Origin: Alphaproteobacteria bacterium
Lineage (GTDB): Bacteria > Pseudomonadota > Alphaproteobacteria > CAAHEQ01 > UBA3637
Direction of reading: 5' to 3'
NCBI GenBank assembly: GCA_045611665.1
Contig: JAZKXP010000004.1
Coordinates: 1,446 to 65,445 of the forward strand
Length of the DNA: 64,000 nt
Shown: positions 46,882-58,162 of the stretch, piece by piece
How the letters are laid out: each line of letters opens with the position of its first letter
Position numbering within the stretch: position 1 is the first letter of the stretch
Made by a program: the position numbers and the translations under genes
Notes under the pieces: generated by a model
The model's input: the letters and a program-made list of their open reading frames with translations, nothing else
Database searches by the model: none
What the model was told of the DNA's origin: nothing

Positions 46882-46910
46882 TTGATTTTTTATGAAAAAT
46901 CGGGTTTAAT
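46882..46910 (+). promoter_or_regulatory. Candidate promoter of gatCAB
   Basis: TTGATT at 46882..46887, a 17-nt spacer, then TTTAAT at 46905..46910. Confidence 0.3.
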
Positions 46911-46939
46911 ACCTCCATTCAACAAAAGGAGAAAAAATC

Positions 46940-47227
46940 ATGGCTTTTAATGAAGAAACGGTCGCAAATGTAGCCAATTTGGCTCGTTTGAATTTAACCG
47001 ATGAACAAAAACAAAAATTCGCCGGTGAAGTGGACGGCATTTTAAATTGGGTTGAACAATTGCAAGAAGTTAATGTGGACGGTGTTGAACCGCTCATTTC
47101 TGTTACGGAACAAACCGAAGCTATTCGGTCCGATATTGTCACAGATGGCAACATTCAAGCCGATTTAATAAAAAATGCGCCGGAATCCGCTCACGGATTT
47201 TATGTTGTTCCCAAAATGGTGGAGTAA
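46940..47227 (+). CDS. gatC: Asp/Glu-tRNA(Asn/Gln) amidotransferase subunit C
   Basis: 95 aa; ..VANVANLARLNLTDEQ.. is the canonical GatC N-terminus, and an AAAGGAG RBS precedes it. Confidence 0.85.
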   Translation: MAFNEETVANVANLARLNLTDEQKQKFAGEVDGILNWVEQLQEVNVDGVEPLISVTEQTEAIRSDIVTDGNIQADLIKNAPESAHGFYVVPKMVE

Positions 47228-47230
47228 AAA

Positions 47231-48712
47231 ATGACAGATTTAATTAACTTACATATTTCTGAAGCTGCCGATTTATTGGCCAAAAAAGAAATTTCTTCCG
47301 TAGAATTAACTAAAGCTCATTTGGCCGAAATGGAAAAAGGCCGTGTTTTAAACGCCTTTATTACAGAAACGCCGGAACGTGCTTTGTCAGATGCTGAGGC
47401 CTCTGACAAACGCCGTGCCAATGGGGAAAGTTTAGGCGCTTTGGATGGCATTCCAATTGCCAACAAAGATTTGTATTGCACAAAAGATGTTCGTACAACA
47501 GCGGCCAGCAAGATTTTATCCAAATTTGTGCCGACCTATGAATCAACGGTTACTCAAAACTTAAAAGATGCCGGTACGGTTATGCTGGGTAAAGTCAATA
47601 CCGACCAATTCGCTATGGGCGGTTCCACCAGAACCAGTTATTTTGGTGAATCCAAAAACCCATGGACAGATGCAACTGGCGAATACGCCTTAACACCTGG
47701 TGGTTCCTCCGGTGGTTCTGCTGCCGCGGTTGCCGCTGGTTTGTGTATGGGCGCAACGGGTTCTGATACGGGTGGTTCCATTCGTCAACCAGCCTCTTTC
47801 TGTGGTATCACTGGCATTAAACCAACGTATGGTCGTTGCTCTCGTTGGGGTATTGTGGCATTTGCATCCTCTTTAGATCAAGCCGGCCCAATGGCTCGCA
47901 GCGTTAAAGATTGCGCTATTATGTTGGAATCTATGGCCGGATACGACAAAAAAGATTCAACATCCGTTAACACACCGGTACCAAATTATGTATCCGCTTT
48001 AACAGGTGATATTCGTGGTAAAAAAATCGGTGTGCCAAAAGAATACCGTATGGATGGTATGAATGAAGATGTTGCTAAAGTTTGGGACAAAGGTATCCAA
48101 TTTTTAAAAGATGCCGGTGCTGAAATTGTTGAGATTTCCATGCCACATACAAAATACGCTTTGCCGGTTTATTACATCATTGCTTGTGCCGAAGCATCCT
48201 CTAACCTGTCCCGCTATGATGGCGTCCGTTATACAACACGTGTAGAAGGGGCTACATTAGATGATATGTACAAAAACACACGGACAGATGGCTTTGGTGA
48301 TGAAGTTATTCGCCGTATTTTGTTAGGTACTTTTGTGTTGTCTGCTGGTTTCTATGACGCATATTACACACGCGCTCAACGTGTTCGTCGTTTGATTGCC
48401 GAAGACTTTAAAAAGGCTTTTGAAACAGTTGATGCTATCGTGGCTCCAGCCGCTCCAACACCAGCTTTAAGCTTTGCTGATATGGCCAATATGGATCCTG
48501 TTTCCACATACTTGGGCGATGTCTTTACAACACCAAGCTCTTTGGCTGGCGTTCCAGCAATAGCTTTACCGGTTGGTATGAGCTCAAACGGATTGCCTAT
48601 TGGCTTACAAATTATCGGAAAACACTTTGATGAAAACACGGTGTTCCAAGTGGCAGATGTGATGGAAAAATCTGCTGGGTTTAACTTAATGCCACATCGT
48701 GTGAAAGGATAA
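47231..48712 (+). CDS. gatA: Glutamyl-tRNA(Gln) amidotransferase subunit A
   Basis: 493 aa with the amidase signature [14 protein letters not shown] and the Ser-cisSer-Lys triad context. Confidence 0.95.
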   Translation: MTDLINLHISEAADLLAKKEISSVELTKAHLAEMEKGRVLNAFITETPERALSDAEASDKRRANGESLGALDGIPIANKDLYCTKDVRTTAASKILSKFVPTYESTVTQNLKDAGTVMLGKVNTDQFAMGGSTRTSYFGESKNPWTDATGEYALTPGGSSGGSAAAVAAGLCMGATGSDTGGSIRQPASFCGITGIKPTYGRCSRWGIVAFASSLDQAGPMARSVKDCAIMLESMAGYDKKDSTSVNTPVPNYVSALTGDIRGKKIGVPKEYRMDGMNEDVAKVWDKGIQFLKDAGAEIVEISMPHTKYALPVYYIIACAEASSNLSRYDGVRYTTRVEGATLDDMYKNTRTDGFGDEVIRRILLGTFVLSAGFYDAYYTRAQRVRRLIAEDFKKAFETVDAIVAPAAPTPALSFADMANMDPVSTYLGDVFTTPSSLAGVPAIALPVGMSSNGLPIGLQIIGKHFDENTVFQVADVMEKSAGFNLMPHRVKG

Positions 48713-48716
48713 GATT

Positions 48717-50168
48717 ATGTATACAATTAAAGGAAATACAAGCGATTGGGAATTAGTTATCGGTTTGGAAGTACACTGCCAAATCATCTCTAAAGCAAAA
48801 GTTTTCTCTGGTGCCAGTGCTGAATTTGGGGCCGAACAAAACACTCATGTGTCTTTGGTAGATGCTGCTTTCCCCGGTATGTTGCCGGTTTTAAATGAAG
48901 AATGTATCCGTCAATCCGTTAAAACAGGGTTGGGATTAAATGCTAAAATCAACAAGTATTCTCGTTTTGACCGCAAAAACTACTTCTATGCCGATTTACC
49001 GCAAGGGTATCAAATTTCCCAACTTTATTACCCGATTGTCGGCGAAGGCTTTATTGAAGTTCATACATCAGAGGGCGACAGAAAAATCGGTGTGGAACGA
49101 TTGCACTTAGAACAAGATGCCGGTAAATCCATTCACGATATGCACCCATCTAAATCGTTTATTGACTTGAACCGTTCGGGTGTCGGGTTAATGGAAATCG
49201 TGTCAAAACCGGATATGCGTTCTCCGGAAGAAGCCGGCGAATACTTGCGTCAGTTGCGTGCCATTGTGCGTGCTTTGGGGACTTGCGACGGTAATATGGA
49301 TGAAGGCTCTATGCGTTGCGATGTGAACGTATCTGTTCGCAAAGTCGGTGAAACAATTTTGCGTGATCGTGTTGAGGTTAAAAACGTCAACTCCGTACGT
49401 TTCGTCATGCAAGCCATTGAAATTGAAGCCAATCGTCAAGTGGAAGTATACGAAAACGGTGGCACGGTACGCCAAGAAACACGCCTGTTTGACCCGAACA
49501 ATGGGGAAACGCGTCCAATGCGTAGTAAAGAAAATGCTCACGACTATCGTTATTTCCCGGATCCAGACTTGTTGCCCGTTATTTTAACGGATGAATACAT
49601 TGAAGAAATTCGTGCCAGCTTACCTGAATTGCCGGAAGCTAAGAAAAAACGCTATGTGTCTGAACTAGGGCTTACCGACTATGACGCTCATGTGCTGACA
49701 TTGGATGTAGAAACATCTCGTTATTTTGAAGAAGCCATGGTTGGTCAAGACCCGAAAAAAGTTGCTAACTGGGTTATGGGTGATTTGTTCGGATATTTGA
49801 ATAAGAATGGCTTAACGGTTTCAAACAGCCCTGTTTCCGCTAAAAATCTTGGCGCTTTGGTGGGCTTGATTGCCGATGGGACAATCTCCGGTAAAATTGC
49901 CAAAGACGTCTTTGAAATTATGGCCGAAACCGGTAAAGAACCTGCCGTTATTGTTGAAGAAAAAGGATTAAAACAAGAATCCGATACAGGTGCTATTGAA
50001 AAATTGATTGAGGAAATTTTATCTGCTAACCAAGATAAAGTTACCGAAATCAAGGCCGGTAAAGACAAATTAAAAGGTTGGTTTGTGGGGCAAATTATGA
50101 AGGCCTCAGGCGGTAAAGTCAATCCGGCCCTCGCCAATCAATTATTGGATAAAAAATTGGCCGAATAA
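48717..50168 (+). CDS. gatB: Asp/Glu-tRNA(Asn/Gln) amidotransferase subunit B
   Basis: 483 aa. N-terminal [13 protein letters not shown] is the canonical GatB start; C-terminal YqeY-like domain. Confidence 0.95.
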   Translation: MYTIKGNTSDWELVIGLEVHCQIISKAKVFSGASAEFGAEQNTHVSLVDAAFPGMLPVLNEECIRQSVKTGLGLNAKINKYSRFDRKNYFYADLPQGYQISQLYYPIVGEGFIEVHTSEGDRKIGVERLHLEQDAGKSIHDMHPSKSFIDLNRSGVGLMEIVSKPDMRSPEEAGEYLRQLRAIVRALGTCDGNMDEGSMRCDVNVSVRKVGETILRDRVEVKNVNSVRFVMQAIEIEANRQVEVYENGGTVRQETRLFDPNNGETRPMRSKENAHDYRYFPDPDLLPVILTDEYIEEIRASLPELPEAKKKRYVSELGLTDYDAHVLTLDVETSRYFEEAMVGQDPKKVANWVMGDLFGYLNKNGLTVSNSPVSAKNLGALVGLIADGTISGKIAKDVFEIMAETGKEPAVIVEEKGLKQESDTGAIEKLIEEILSANQDKVTEIKAGKDKLKGWFVGQIMKASGGKVNPALANQLLDKKLAE

Positions 50169-50190
50169 AATCAATTTTGTAACCACATAA

Positions 50191-50220
50191 AACCCGAAGG
50201 CGTTAACCCTTCGGGTTTTA
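50191..50220 (+). terminator. Rho-independent terminator of gatCAB
   Basis: Stem AACCCGAAGG / CCTTCGGGTT (50191..50200 and 50208..50217) with a 7-nt loop, followed by TTTTA. Confidence 0.65.
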
Positions 50221-50253
50221 TACATAATAAACATGAAGGGAAATCAAATTGTT

Positions 50254-50427
50254 TCATCCTCCCCCGATGGATTCGCCGGATAAATCCCCTAAAGGTACAA
50301 CTAAAAACACAAAAATTAAAAAGCCGAAAAAAGCTCTTTCACAGGCCTCTCTGATATCATACTCATTAAACCATGTATATAATGGCCATCCGATAACCAA
50401 AGCGACAAATATCATCCACTTCATCAT
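50254..50427 (-). CDS. Candidate 57-aa small membrane protein (not in ORF track; below 60 aa)
   Basis: Minus-strand ORF MMKWMIFVALVIGWPLYTWFNEYDIREACERAFFGFLIFVFLVVPLGDLSGESIGGG with a GGAG RBS 5 nt upstream of the ATG and two hydrophobic helices. Sits between the gatB terminator and the ileS 3' end. Confidence 0.3.
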   Translation of the reverse strand: MMKWMIFVALVIGWPLYTWFNEYDIREACERAFFGFLIFVFLVVPLGDLSGESIGGG

Positions 50428-50474
50428 AAAAACTCCATTAAAAAAAGCGCCCTTTTTAGAGCGCCCTTTCTTGA

Positions 50475-53400
50475 TTATCTTTCAACAACGAAAGCCACTT
50501 GACCATCACCAAGCTCTTCTGTTTTTGCGCCGGATACAGCCGTTTCTTCGGCTCGCATCGCTACAGCCAACACTTGATCGGCAATATAGTCAGAATGCTC
50601 TTTAATTGCCTCAACCAATAATGGCGTATCCACTGTATAAATCACCGTAATACGATCAGATACATCAAAGTCGGCTTCTTTACGAGCTTGTTGAATCATA
50701 CGCACAAAGTCACGGGCAATCCCTTCTTTTTCCAAATCGGGATACAACGTTGTATCCAATTGAACAACGGCTGTATTATCCGGCAAAGCTTGACCGTTTA
50801 AACCGTCTTTTAAGACCAGGCGTAATTCAAACTCTTCGGTGGTTAAAATTTGACCTGCAATGGACAAGGTTCCATCTTCCAATACCGTCCAATCCGTTCC
50901 CTTGCTGGCGGCCATAATATCTTTCATAAAACGGCCCAAGCGTTTACCAATTAACGGTGTTTTTAAATATAAGAATGTATTGGCAACAGATGAAATATCC
51001 GTAGACAAGACAACATCTTTAACGTTCACTTCATCTTTTAACACATCAACAAAGTTTGTCAGCGTTTCAGCATTAGAACCAGCAATTGTCATTGTCTTTA
51101 ATGGCAAACGGTTACGCAATTTGTATTCTTCACGAATAGATTTTGCCGTAGAAGAAATTTGACGCACTAAGTCCATTTGAGCAATGAGTTCATGTTCATC
51201 AGCCATAGCAGATACCATTGGATAATCTGTCAAGTGAACAGATTCGCCGCCTGTTAAACCACGATAAACAAATTCACTCATCATTGGCATTAATGGTGCC
51301 ATAATCTTACTGAGTGTGACCAAAACAGTATATAATGTGTTAAATGCGCCATCATCTGTACCGTCCCAGAAACGAGCACGACTACGACGAACATACCAGT
51401 TATTTAAGATATCCAAAAATTCTGCACATTCATTGCAAGCGCGTCCCATATCATAGGCGTTCATTTGTTCTTTGACAGACACTGTTAATTGTTTTAATTT
51501 ACCCAAAATGTATCTATCCAACACATCGGTTGAGGTTGTAATTTCGTGTGCTTTAATTCCTTCAGCATTCGCATATAAGCAGAAGAAATAATAAGCGTTC
51601 CAGAATGGTAATACGGCTTTACGAGCAGCTTTAGCAACTTCTTTGCCTTCTTTATCCACCATGGCATTACCGGCTTTAACGGCTGGTGAAGAAATCAAAA
51701 ACCATCTGAGCGCATCAGAACCCATTGTGTTTAATACTTCGTATGGATCCGGATAGTTTTTAAGTTTTTTGGATAATTTAACGCCACCTTCGGCCATCAA
51801 TAAACCAGTTGCTAAACAGTGTTTGTAAGCCGGTTTACCGTGTAATGCCGTACCCAACACGTGTAAGGAATAGAACCAACCGCGAGTTTGGTCAATACCT
51901 TCAACGATAAAGTCCGCCGGGAAATGATTTTCAAACCATTCTTTACGTTCAAACGGATAATGTACTTGACCTTGAGGCATAGAACCGGATTCAAACCAAC
52001 AGTCAAATACATACGGTACACGGCGCATCATTGTTTTTCCGCTTGGGTCATCCGGATTCGGATAAACCACATCATCAATCATTGGACGGTGTAAATCAAC
52101 GACATCAAAACCTGTAGCTGCTTTAATTTCGGCCACTGAACCAAACACATCCGTTCTTGGGAAATCTGGATTATCCGATTTCCAAACGGGAAGTGGCGCA
52201 CCCCAGAAACGATTACGAGAAATGTTCCAATCCGGTGCGGATTCTAATCCTTTTCCAAAACGACCATATTTAATGTTATCTGGTGTCCAAGTGATTTCAT
52301 CATTTGTTTTCAGCATATCATCTTTGAAATCTGTCACTTTAACAAACCAAGAACTCATGGCTTTGTAAATAAGTGGTGTATCTGTACGCCAACAATATGG
52401 GTAAGAGTGAACAATCTGTTCTTTTTTAACCAACTTGCGATTTTCTTTTAACCAAGCCAAAATCGGTTCGTTTGTTTCAAAAACTTGTTTACCTTCATAA
52501 TCCGGAACTTCGGCCGTAAAGCAACCAGCTTCATCCACTGGACATACAATTGGGAAATCTTTACGAACGGCCACACAAACGTTAAAGTCATCTTCACCAA
52601 ACCCCGGAGCAATATGAACGATACCGGATCCGTCTTCGGTGGATACAAAATCACCGGCCAATACCGTAAAGCATCCTTCGGCTTTTAAATCCTTAAAGTA
52701 TGGGAACATCGGCTCATACGTTTGACCAACCAATTCAGCCCCTTTGATTGTGGCAACTTGTGTGGCATTTTGCAATTGTTGTTTGTATCGTGGCAATAAA
52801 GCTTCAGCCAATACATATTTTTCACCATTTTCTTCCATAACGGCATAATCAATATCGGCACCCACAGCAATCATCAAGTTAGACGGCAATGTCCAAGGCG
52901 TTGTTGTCCAAACTAATAAATTCATGCCATTGTCTAACTTAAACAACACTGTCACAGATGTATCTGTTTTATCACGGTATGCTTGGTTAACTTCAAAGTT
53001 TGACACCGGTGTTTGAGCCGCCCAAGAATAGGGTTGCACACGATATCCTTCATAAACCAATCCTTTGTCATATAATACTTTAAAGTTATGGATAACGGAT
53101 TCCATAAAGGACAAATCCATTGTTTTATAGTCATGGTTAAAATCCACCCAACGGCCGATACGTTTAAACATATCCACCCAAATACCGGCATATTTTAACA
53201 CGTCTTTACGACAAAAATCATTAAATTTAGCGATGCCGTATTCTTCAATAGCTTTGTGACCGGAAACACCCAGTTGTTTTTCCGCACTCATTTCGGCCGG
53301 CAATCCGTGGCAATCCCATCCCAAACGGCGTTCCACTTTTTTCCCCGCCATCGTTTGGAAACGGGCAATCGTATCTTTCACATAAGACACCATGATATGA

Positions 53401-53585
53401 CCATAGTGTGGCAATCCATTGGCGAACGGAGGACCATCATAGAAGTTAAATTCTTCAGCCCCTTCTCGTTGGCTGACGGACTTTTCAAATGTGTTATGTG
53501 TGTCCCAATAGTTGATAACATCTTCTTCCATTTTCGGAAAAGACATCTTGGCATCCAAAACCGGATAATGTTTCATTTTTGTCAT
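50475..53585 (-). CDS. ileS: Isoleucine--tRNA ligase, eukaryote-like type 2
   Basis: Class I aaRS with an HYGH variant of the HIGH motif (PPFANGLPHYGHI) and KMSKS, and no C-terminal Zn-finger extension, which is the IleRS2 pattern. Start refined to MTKMKHYP at 53585 with an AGGAAA RBS; the track ORF is open to 53645. Confidence 0.9.
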   Translation of the reverse strand: MTKMKHYPVLDAKMSFPKMEEDVINYWDTHNTFEKSVSQREGAEEFNFYDGPPFANGLPHYGHIMVSYVKDTIARFQTMAGKKVERRLGWDCHGLPAEMSAEKQLGVSGHKAIEEYGIAKFNDFCRKDVLKYAGIWVDMFKRIGRWVDFNHDYKTMDLSFMESVIHNFKVLYDKGLVYEGYRVQPYSWAAQTPVSNFEVNQAYRDKTDTSVTVLFKLDNGMNLLVWTTTPWTLPSNLMIAVGADIDYAVMEENGEKYVLAEALLPRYKQQLQNATQVATIKGAELVGQTYEPMFPYFKDLKAEGCFTVLAGDFVSTEDGSGIVHIAPGFGEDDFNVCVAVRKDFPIVCPVDEAGCFTAEVPDYEGKQVFETNEPILAWLKENRKLVKKEQIVHSYPYCWRTDTPLIYKAMSSWFVKVTDFKDDMLKTNDEITWTPDNIKYGRFGKGLESAPDWNISRNRFWGAPLPVWKSDNPDFPRTDVFGSVAEIKAATGFDVVDLHRPMIDDVVYPNPDDPSGKTMMRRVPYVFDCWFESGSMPQGQVHYPFERKEWFENHFPADFIVEGIDQTRGWFYSLHVLGTALHGKPAYKHCLATGLLMAEGGVKLSKKLKNYPDPYEVLNTMGSDALRWFLISSPAVKAGNAMVDKEGKEVAKAARKAVLPFWNAYYFFCLYANAEGIKAHEITTSTDVLDRYILGKLKQLTVSVKEQMNAYDMGRACNECAEFLDILNNWYVRRSRARFWDGTDDGAFNTLYTVLVTLSKIMAPLMPMMSEFVYRGLTGGESVHLTDYPMVSAMADEHELIAQMDLVRQISSTAKSIREEYKLRNRLPLKTMTIAGSNAETLTNFVDVLKDEVNVKDVVLSTDISSVANTFLYLKTPLIGKRLGRFMKDIMAASKGTDWTVLEDGTLSIAGQILTTEEFELRLVLKDGLNGQALPDNTAVVQLDTTLYPDLEKEGIARDFVRMIQQARKEADFDVSDRITVIYTVDTPLLVEAIKEHSDYIADQVLAVAMRAEETAVSGAKTEELGDGQVAFVVER

Positions 53586-53702
53586 AGTAATTTTCCTTTT
53601 TCTTAAATAATGAGTTATTATGCCAAAAAATCCCCAAAAAATCAAGGCTAAAATAATTAAATATCAGATTACCGAGGCAAACACCTTTTGCAGGCAAAAT
53701 TT

Positions 53703-54584
53703 TTATTCCCGATCATACGATTTCACAAGAGAAAAATACCGCTCAGAGACAACCGAAGACAAGCGACCAATCAGTGCTTTTTCATATTTTTGAACATCAG
53801 CGACATTTACACCCTTGGCATATTTTTGATAAGGTTTCATAAAGGCAGCAAAATTATCATCAGATAGTGTCATTTTTAACAGATTAATATCCGTTTTAGC
53901 CTGTGCCAATCTAGCCGCTCCAAAATCAAGTACGGCTATCAATCGTCCCTCATCATTTACCAACACATTGTTTTTATGCAAATCGTGATGACACAAAACA
54001 GGACGAACCTGTTTAAAATAGGCGTATTTAACTTCACTTAAAATCGTTGACGATAATAGCCGGCGAATTTGTCCCAATTCTTTATCATTTAAGCCCGCTT
54101 TTTCAGAGGCATAATTTTCTAACATAGCAACATCTTGTTCAAAATTCAAATCCAACACAGTCGGAATATCCTTAAAACGAACCGCCGGTATTTTGTGTAA
54201 TTTGGCAAAAAACAATCCTAAATCTGCCATTAACTCTGGATTAGTCAAATCGGATGGTGTATGACCGTTAATAATTTTTCGAACCGCACAAAATTCAATC
54301 GGATTTCCATAAACATCTGCACACGGTTTGACCGGCCGATACTCACGCCATATCGGGGTTTGATAAGGCAAATTATATCCCTTTAATACTTTTGAAACCG
54401 ACAATTCCCGTTGCAACATCAATGCCGTTCTTTTTTCGAAAGGAATTTTTACAACGTGCGTCCCATTAACCAAATAAGAATTTGCACAATTGCCGGACGT
54501 AAAAACAGCATAATACTTTAACGGCTGTCCGACAGCCTGTTGTAAGAGTGCTCCAAAATTCCCGTAATTAAATGTACTTTCCAT
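53703..54584 (-). CDS. Phosphotransferase-family kinase (APH / choline-kinase-like fold)
   Basis: 293 aa with catalytic loop CHHDLHKNNVLV and a downstream DFG (VLDFGAA), diagnostic of the APH/ChoK kinase family. Confidence 0.6.
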   Translation of the reverse strand: MESTFNYGNFGALLQQAVGQPLKYYAVFTSGNCANSYLVNGTHVVKIPFEKRTALMLQRELSVSKVLKGYNLPYQTPIWREYRPVKPCADVYGNPIEFCAVRKIINGHTPSDLTNPELMADLGLFFAKLHKIPAVRFKDIPTVLDLNFEQDVAMLENYASEKAGLNDKELGQIRRLLSSTILSEVKYAYFKQVRPVLCHHDLHKNNVLVNDEGRLIAVLDFGAARLAQAKTDINLLKMTLSDDNFAAFMKPYQKYAKGVNVADVQKYEKALIGRLSSVVSERYFSLVKSYDRE

Positions 54585-54737
54585 TTTTATTTATCTTTTT
54601 TTATCCGATTAAGATAAAAATAACATACCGTTAATGATTTGTCAATGTTTTTTATTAACAGAATATTAACATTTTTTTGTTGACAAGTTAGAAAAAATAT
54701 GCTATCTTTACAAAATACAAAAGAAAAGGGAAATCAA

Positions 54738-55205
54738 ATGAAAATGGTTTTGAATAATGGGCTGAAGGTTTTGGCCGCCCATACGCATTCTGGTCGCCTT
54801 AAACATGTGGCCGCTTCTTTAGACTCCTTGGGATTAGAGGGGTTTGCGGTTGTTGATTTTTTTAAAAACGGCCATGCTCGCGAAACGTGTGTTTGTCCAT
54901 CGGAAGGTTTTGTTTCCATGAAAACATATAATAATAACCGATTAACAACGGAAATGTTTCGTGACATTTTGCACCAAAAAACATTTTACTATATTTATAA
55001 TGAGTTAGGATATATTACAGAAACATGGCTTGATTCTTGCAATAAAGAATGGCAAGGCAATTTGGTTTTACCGCGCGATGTTATGACACATTCTCCGATT
55101 AAATTGTTTGAAGAACTGCAAACAGCTCCTCAAATGTTGGTTAAAGGCCACAATTTGGCTGTTAATCTGGAATACATTCGGTCTGAACGATCTCGCGCAG
55201 CTTAG
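54738..55205 (+). CDS. Hypothetical protein
   Basis: Start refined to MKMVLNNG at 54738 with an AAAAGGGA RBS; about 155 aa with no recognisable motif; a terminator follows. Confidence 0.4.
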   Translation: MKMVLNNGLKVLAAHTHSGRLKHVAASLDSLGLEGFAVVDFFKNGHARETCVCPSEGFVSMKTYNNNRLTTEMFRDILHQKTFYYIYNELGYITETWLDSCNKEWQGNLVLPRDVMTHSPIKLFEELQTAPQMLVKGHNLAVNLEYIRSERSRAA

Positions 55206-55223
55206 AAAGTTTTTACTCCGAAG

Positions 55224-55256
55224 AACCCCCTTTAATTTTAAAGGGGGTTTCTTTTT
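55224..55256 (+). terminator. Rho-independent terminator
   Basis: Stem AACCCCC / GGGGGTT (55224..55230 and 55243..55249) followed by TCTTTTT. Confidence 0.55.
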
Positions 55257-55500
55257 AAACTTCGGTATAATCCACATCTATTACATGATGTTTTTTTGTT
55301 GATTTTTTCGGTTCTGTCCGCATTAACCTTTCCACGGGCGTTTCCTTTTTAAACCACGTTTTGATTTTATACCATACCCGTCCGATCAGTCCGGCCACCA
55401 AGACAACAATCAACAACGGCAAAGCGATATACCATGCCACAAAAAACAAAAACGACAAAATTAAAAAAATAAATACCAACCCGACAAACAGCTGTATCAT
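55255..55500 (-). CDS. Hypothetical small membrane protein downstream of mutS
   Basis: 81 aa with two TM helices and a basic C-terminus. Its start overlaps the mutS stop (ATGA), implying translational coupling. Confidence 0.35.
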   Translation of the reverse strand: MIQLFVGLVFIFLILSFLFFVAWYIALPLLIVVLVAGLIGRVWYKIKTWFKKETPVERLMRTEPKKSTKKHHVIDVDYTEV

Positions 55501-58121
55501 TGTTTCAGTTGCCCCTTCAATTCATACAGAAAATCTAACGCTTCACGCGGACTCATTAAATCCAAATTCACCTCTTTTAACCGTTCTTCTGTGACATTTT
55601 TTGTTAAAGTAGGCTCTTTCATCGCACAAAACAAGGGTAAATCCTCAAAAAGAGGTTGCTGCGCTTGTTTTTTTTCTTCCAGCCCTGCCAAAACTTCCTC
55701 TGCCCTTGTTAATACCGGAGCCGGTAAGCCGGCTAATTTGGCCACGTGAATACCATAGGACCGGTCGATAGCGCCTTCTCCGACTTCATGCAAAAAGACT
55801 ATTTCGCCTTTCCACTCTTTTGTCCGCATTGTATGCAAAGAAACACCTCGCAATCGATTAGCCAAAGCTGTTAATTCGTGATAATGTGTGGCAAATAAGC
55901 CTCGACATTTATTCACATCATGCAAATATTCCACCACAGCCCATGCCAAAGATAGCCCGTCAAAAGTAGCTGTCCCACGGCCAACTTCGTCCAAAATCAC
56001 CAAAGATTTTGCCGTCGCCCCATTTAAAATGGCGGCCACCTCTACCATTTCCACCATAAAAGTAGAGCGCCCTCTGGCTAAATCATCCGAAGCCCCGACT
56101 CGAGAGTAAATTTTATCCACCAACCCTATTTTTGCATATTCAGCCGGAACAAAACTTCCCATTTGCGCCATAATGGCAATCAAGGCGTTTTGTCGTAAAA
56201 AGGTGCTTTTACCCGCCATATTCGGACCGGTTAATAACCACAAATTATTTTCTTCTTCACCCAACGTACAATCGTTCGGAACAAAAGTATCGCGTTGTTT
56301 TCCCAATGCCTCTTCCACTACAGGGTGACGTCCTTTATGTATGACAAATTCTTCCCCCTCTGTCATAACCGGACGTGTCCAAGCGTGTTTATCTGCCAAA
56401 TACGCCAACGAACTGGCAACATCAACAGCGGCCATAGCCGTAGAGGCCCTTAATAAGACATCACTTAACGATAAAACTTTTTCCCTCAATCGTTCAAATA
56501 AATCTATTTCCATCGCAACCCGAGTTTCATCAGCGTGCATGATTTTTGTCTCTAAATCCGTTAATTCAGCCGTCGTAAAGCGTACACAATTTACCATTGT
56601 TTGACGATGAATAAACCCGCGTTCTTTTTCCCTTAACAACGGTTCAGCAAATCGAACAGGAACTTCGATAAAATATCCGACAACACCGTTAAAGGCAATT
56701 TTCAGTTGATTAATCCCCGTTTGCTCACAGTATTTAGCTTGCAAATCCGCTAAGACTTTTTTTGCATTATTTTTGATATTAGCCAATTCATCTAAAGCGG
56801 CTGAATATCCGGGCCGAATAAAACCGCCATCCCGAATTAATACCGGTAAATCTTTATCATCTTCACCGATAGCAGAACGAATTTCATCCGTTAAAGCCGA
56901 CCAATCTCCCATTTGTTGTTTATCTTCTTCCAGCGCTAACGGAACCAGAGCATCTTGCATTTTTGCCCGCAACTGAGGAATTTTATCTAATGTTCTTAAA
57001 ATCCCGACCATATCCTTTGGTCCGCCCCGTTTAACGGACAAACGCGTAATCGCCCGTTCTAAATCGGCCGAATACTTTAAAATGGATCGAACATCCTCAC
57101 GAATACCCGGATTTTGCATAAAATAATCTATTTTATCCAACCGTCCGTTGATAGTCTTTAAATCGATTAACGGCGCCGATAAATACAAAGACAACAACCG
57201 TCCGCCGGCCGGTGTTTGCGTTGCATCAATTACTTTTAGTAAACTGGAGGCATTTTTATCATCCGACAACGAATGGGTCAATTCTAAACTCCGTCTGGTC
57301 GACGGATCTATTTCCATAAAGACACCACTCATAATCCGTTCCGGTGTTTGCAATAACGGAATAACACCCCGTTGCGTATCCAACATATAGTGTATTAAAA
57401 CACCGGCAGCAATCGTTTCGGGTTTTGAAAACGCTCTAAACTCTGAGGCTTCATGCGCTTTAAAGAAATGTTCCAGCTCTTGTTTTGTTTGTATATAATT
57501 AAATTTTTCCGAGGGAATATATGTAATATCCAACCCTGTATCCCCAAACAAAAACGGATGTGTTTGATGCATTTCTTTTGTGATTAACACTTCTGAAGCG
57601 TCCAACCGTCCTAAAACGCAAGACACAGAAGCAGCCGGAACAATTTGGGTATAAAAATCACCGGTAGACATATCCGCCCACGCTATACCAAAACCATCCG
57701 CACCTTCCGCTACACACACCAAATAATTATGACGCCGCGCATTTAACAAACTGTCTTCGGTCAACGTTCCGGCCGTCACAATACGGGTAATACCTCGACG
57801 CACAACGGATTTGTAGCCTCGTTTTTTGGCCTCAGTCGGACTTTCCAATTGTTCTCCGATAGCGACTTTGTAACCGGCCTTAACCAATCTCACCAGATAA
57901 TTTTCATATGCGTGGAATGGGACACCGCACATCGGTATCGGATCACCCAAGTGTTTACCGCGATAGGTTAAAACAATATCCAATGCCTGAGCGGCAATTT
58001 TTGCATCTTCAAAAAATAATTCATAAAAATCACCCATACGATAAAACAACAAACAATCCGGACATTCGGCTTTTGTTTCCAAATATTGTTGCATCATTGG
58101 GGTTGTTTTAGGGTCACTCAT
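55497..58121 (-). CDS. mutS: DNA mismatch repair protein MutS
   Basis: 874 aa with the N-terminal mismatch-binding motif GDFYELF, Walker [10 protein letters not shown] and the C-terminal HTH-like region. Confidence 0.95.
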   Translation of the reverse strand: MSDPKTTPMMQQYLETKAECPDCLLFYRMGDFYELFFEDAKIAAQALDIVLTYRGKHLGDPIPMCGVPFHAYENYLVRLVKAGYKVAIGEQLESPTEAKKRGYKSVVRRGITRIVTAGTLTEDSLLNARRHNYLVCVAEGADGFGIAWADMSTGDFYTQIVPAASVSCVLGRLDASEVLITKEMHQTHPFLFGDTGLDITYIPSEKFNYIQTKQELEHFFKAHEASEFRAFSKPETIAAGVLIHYMLDTQRGVIPLLQTPERIMSGVFMEIDPSTRRSLELTHSLSDDKNASSLLKVIDATQTPAGGRLLSLYLSAPLIDLKTINGRLDKIDYFMQNPGIREDVRSILKYSADLERAITRLSVKRGGPKDMVGILRTLDKIPQLRAKMQDALVPLALEEDKQQMGDWSALTDEIRSAIGEDDKDLPVLIRDGGFIRPGYSAALDELANIKNNAKKVLADLQAKYCEQTGINQLKIAFNGVVGYFIEVPVRFAEPLLREKERGFIHRQTMVNCVRFTTAELTDLETKIMHADETRVAMEIDLFERLREKVLSLSDVLLRASTAMAAVDVASSLAYLADKHAWTRPVMTEGEEFVIHKGRHPVVEEALGKQRDTFVPNDCTLGEEENNLWLLTGPNMAGKSTFLRQNALIAIMAQMGSFVPAEYAKIGLVDKIYSRVGASDDLARGRSTFMVEMVEVAAILNGATAKSLVILDEVGRGTATFDGLSLAWAVVEYLHDVNKCRGLFATHYHELTALANRLRGVSLHTMRTKEWKGEIVFLHEVGEGAIDRSYGIHVAKLAGLPAPVLTRAEEVLAGLEEKKQAQQPLFEDLPLFCAMKEPTLTKNVTEERLKEVNLDLMSPREALDFLYELKGQLKQ

Positions 58122-58162
58122 TTTTTCTTTCCTTTTTTTATGAAAAGTATTATACTCTTTTT

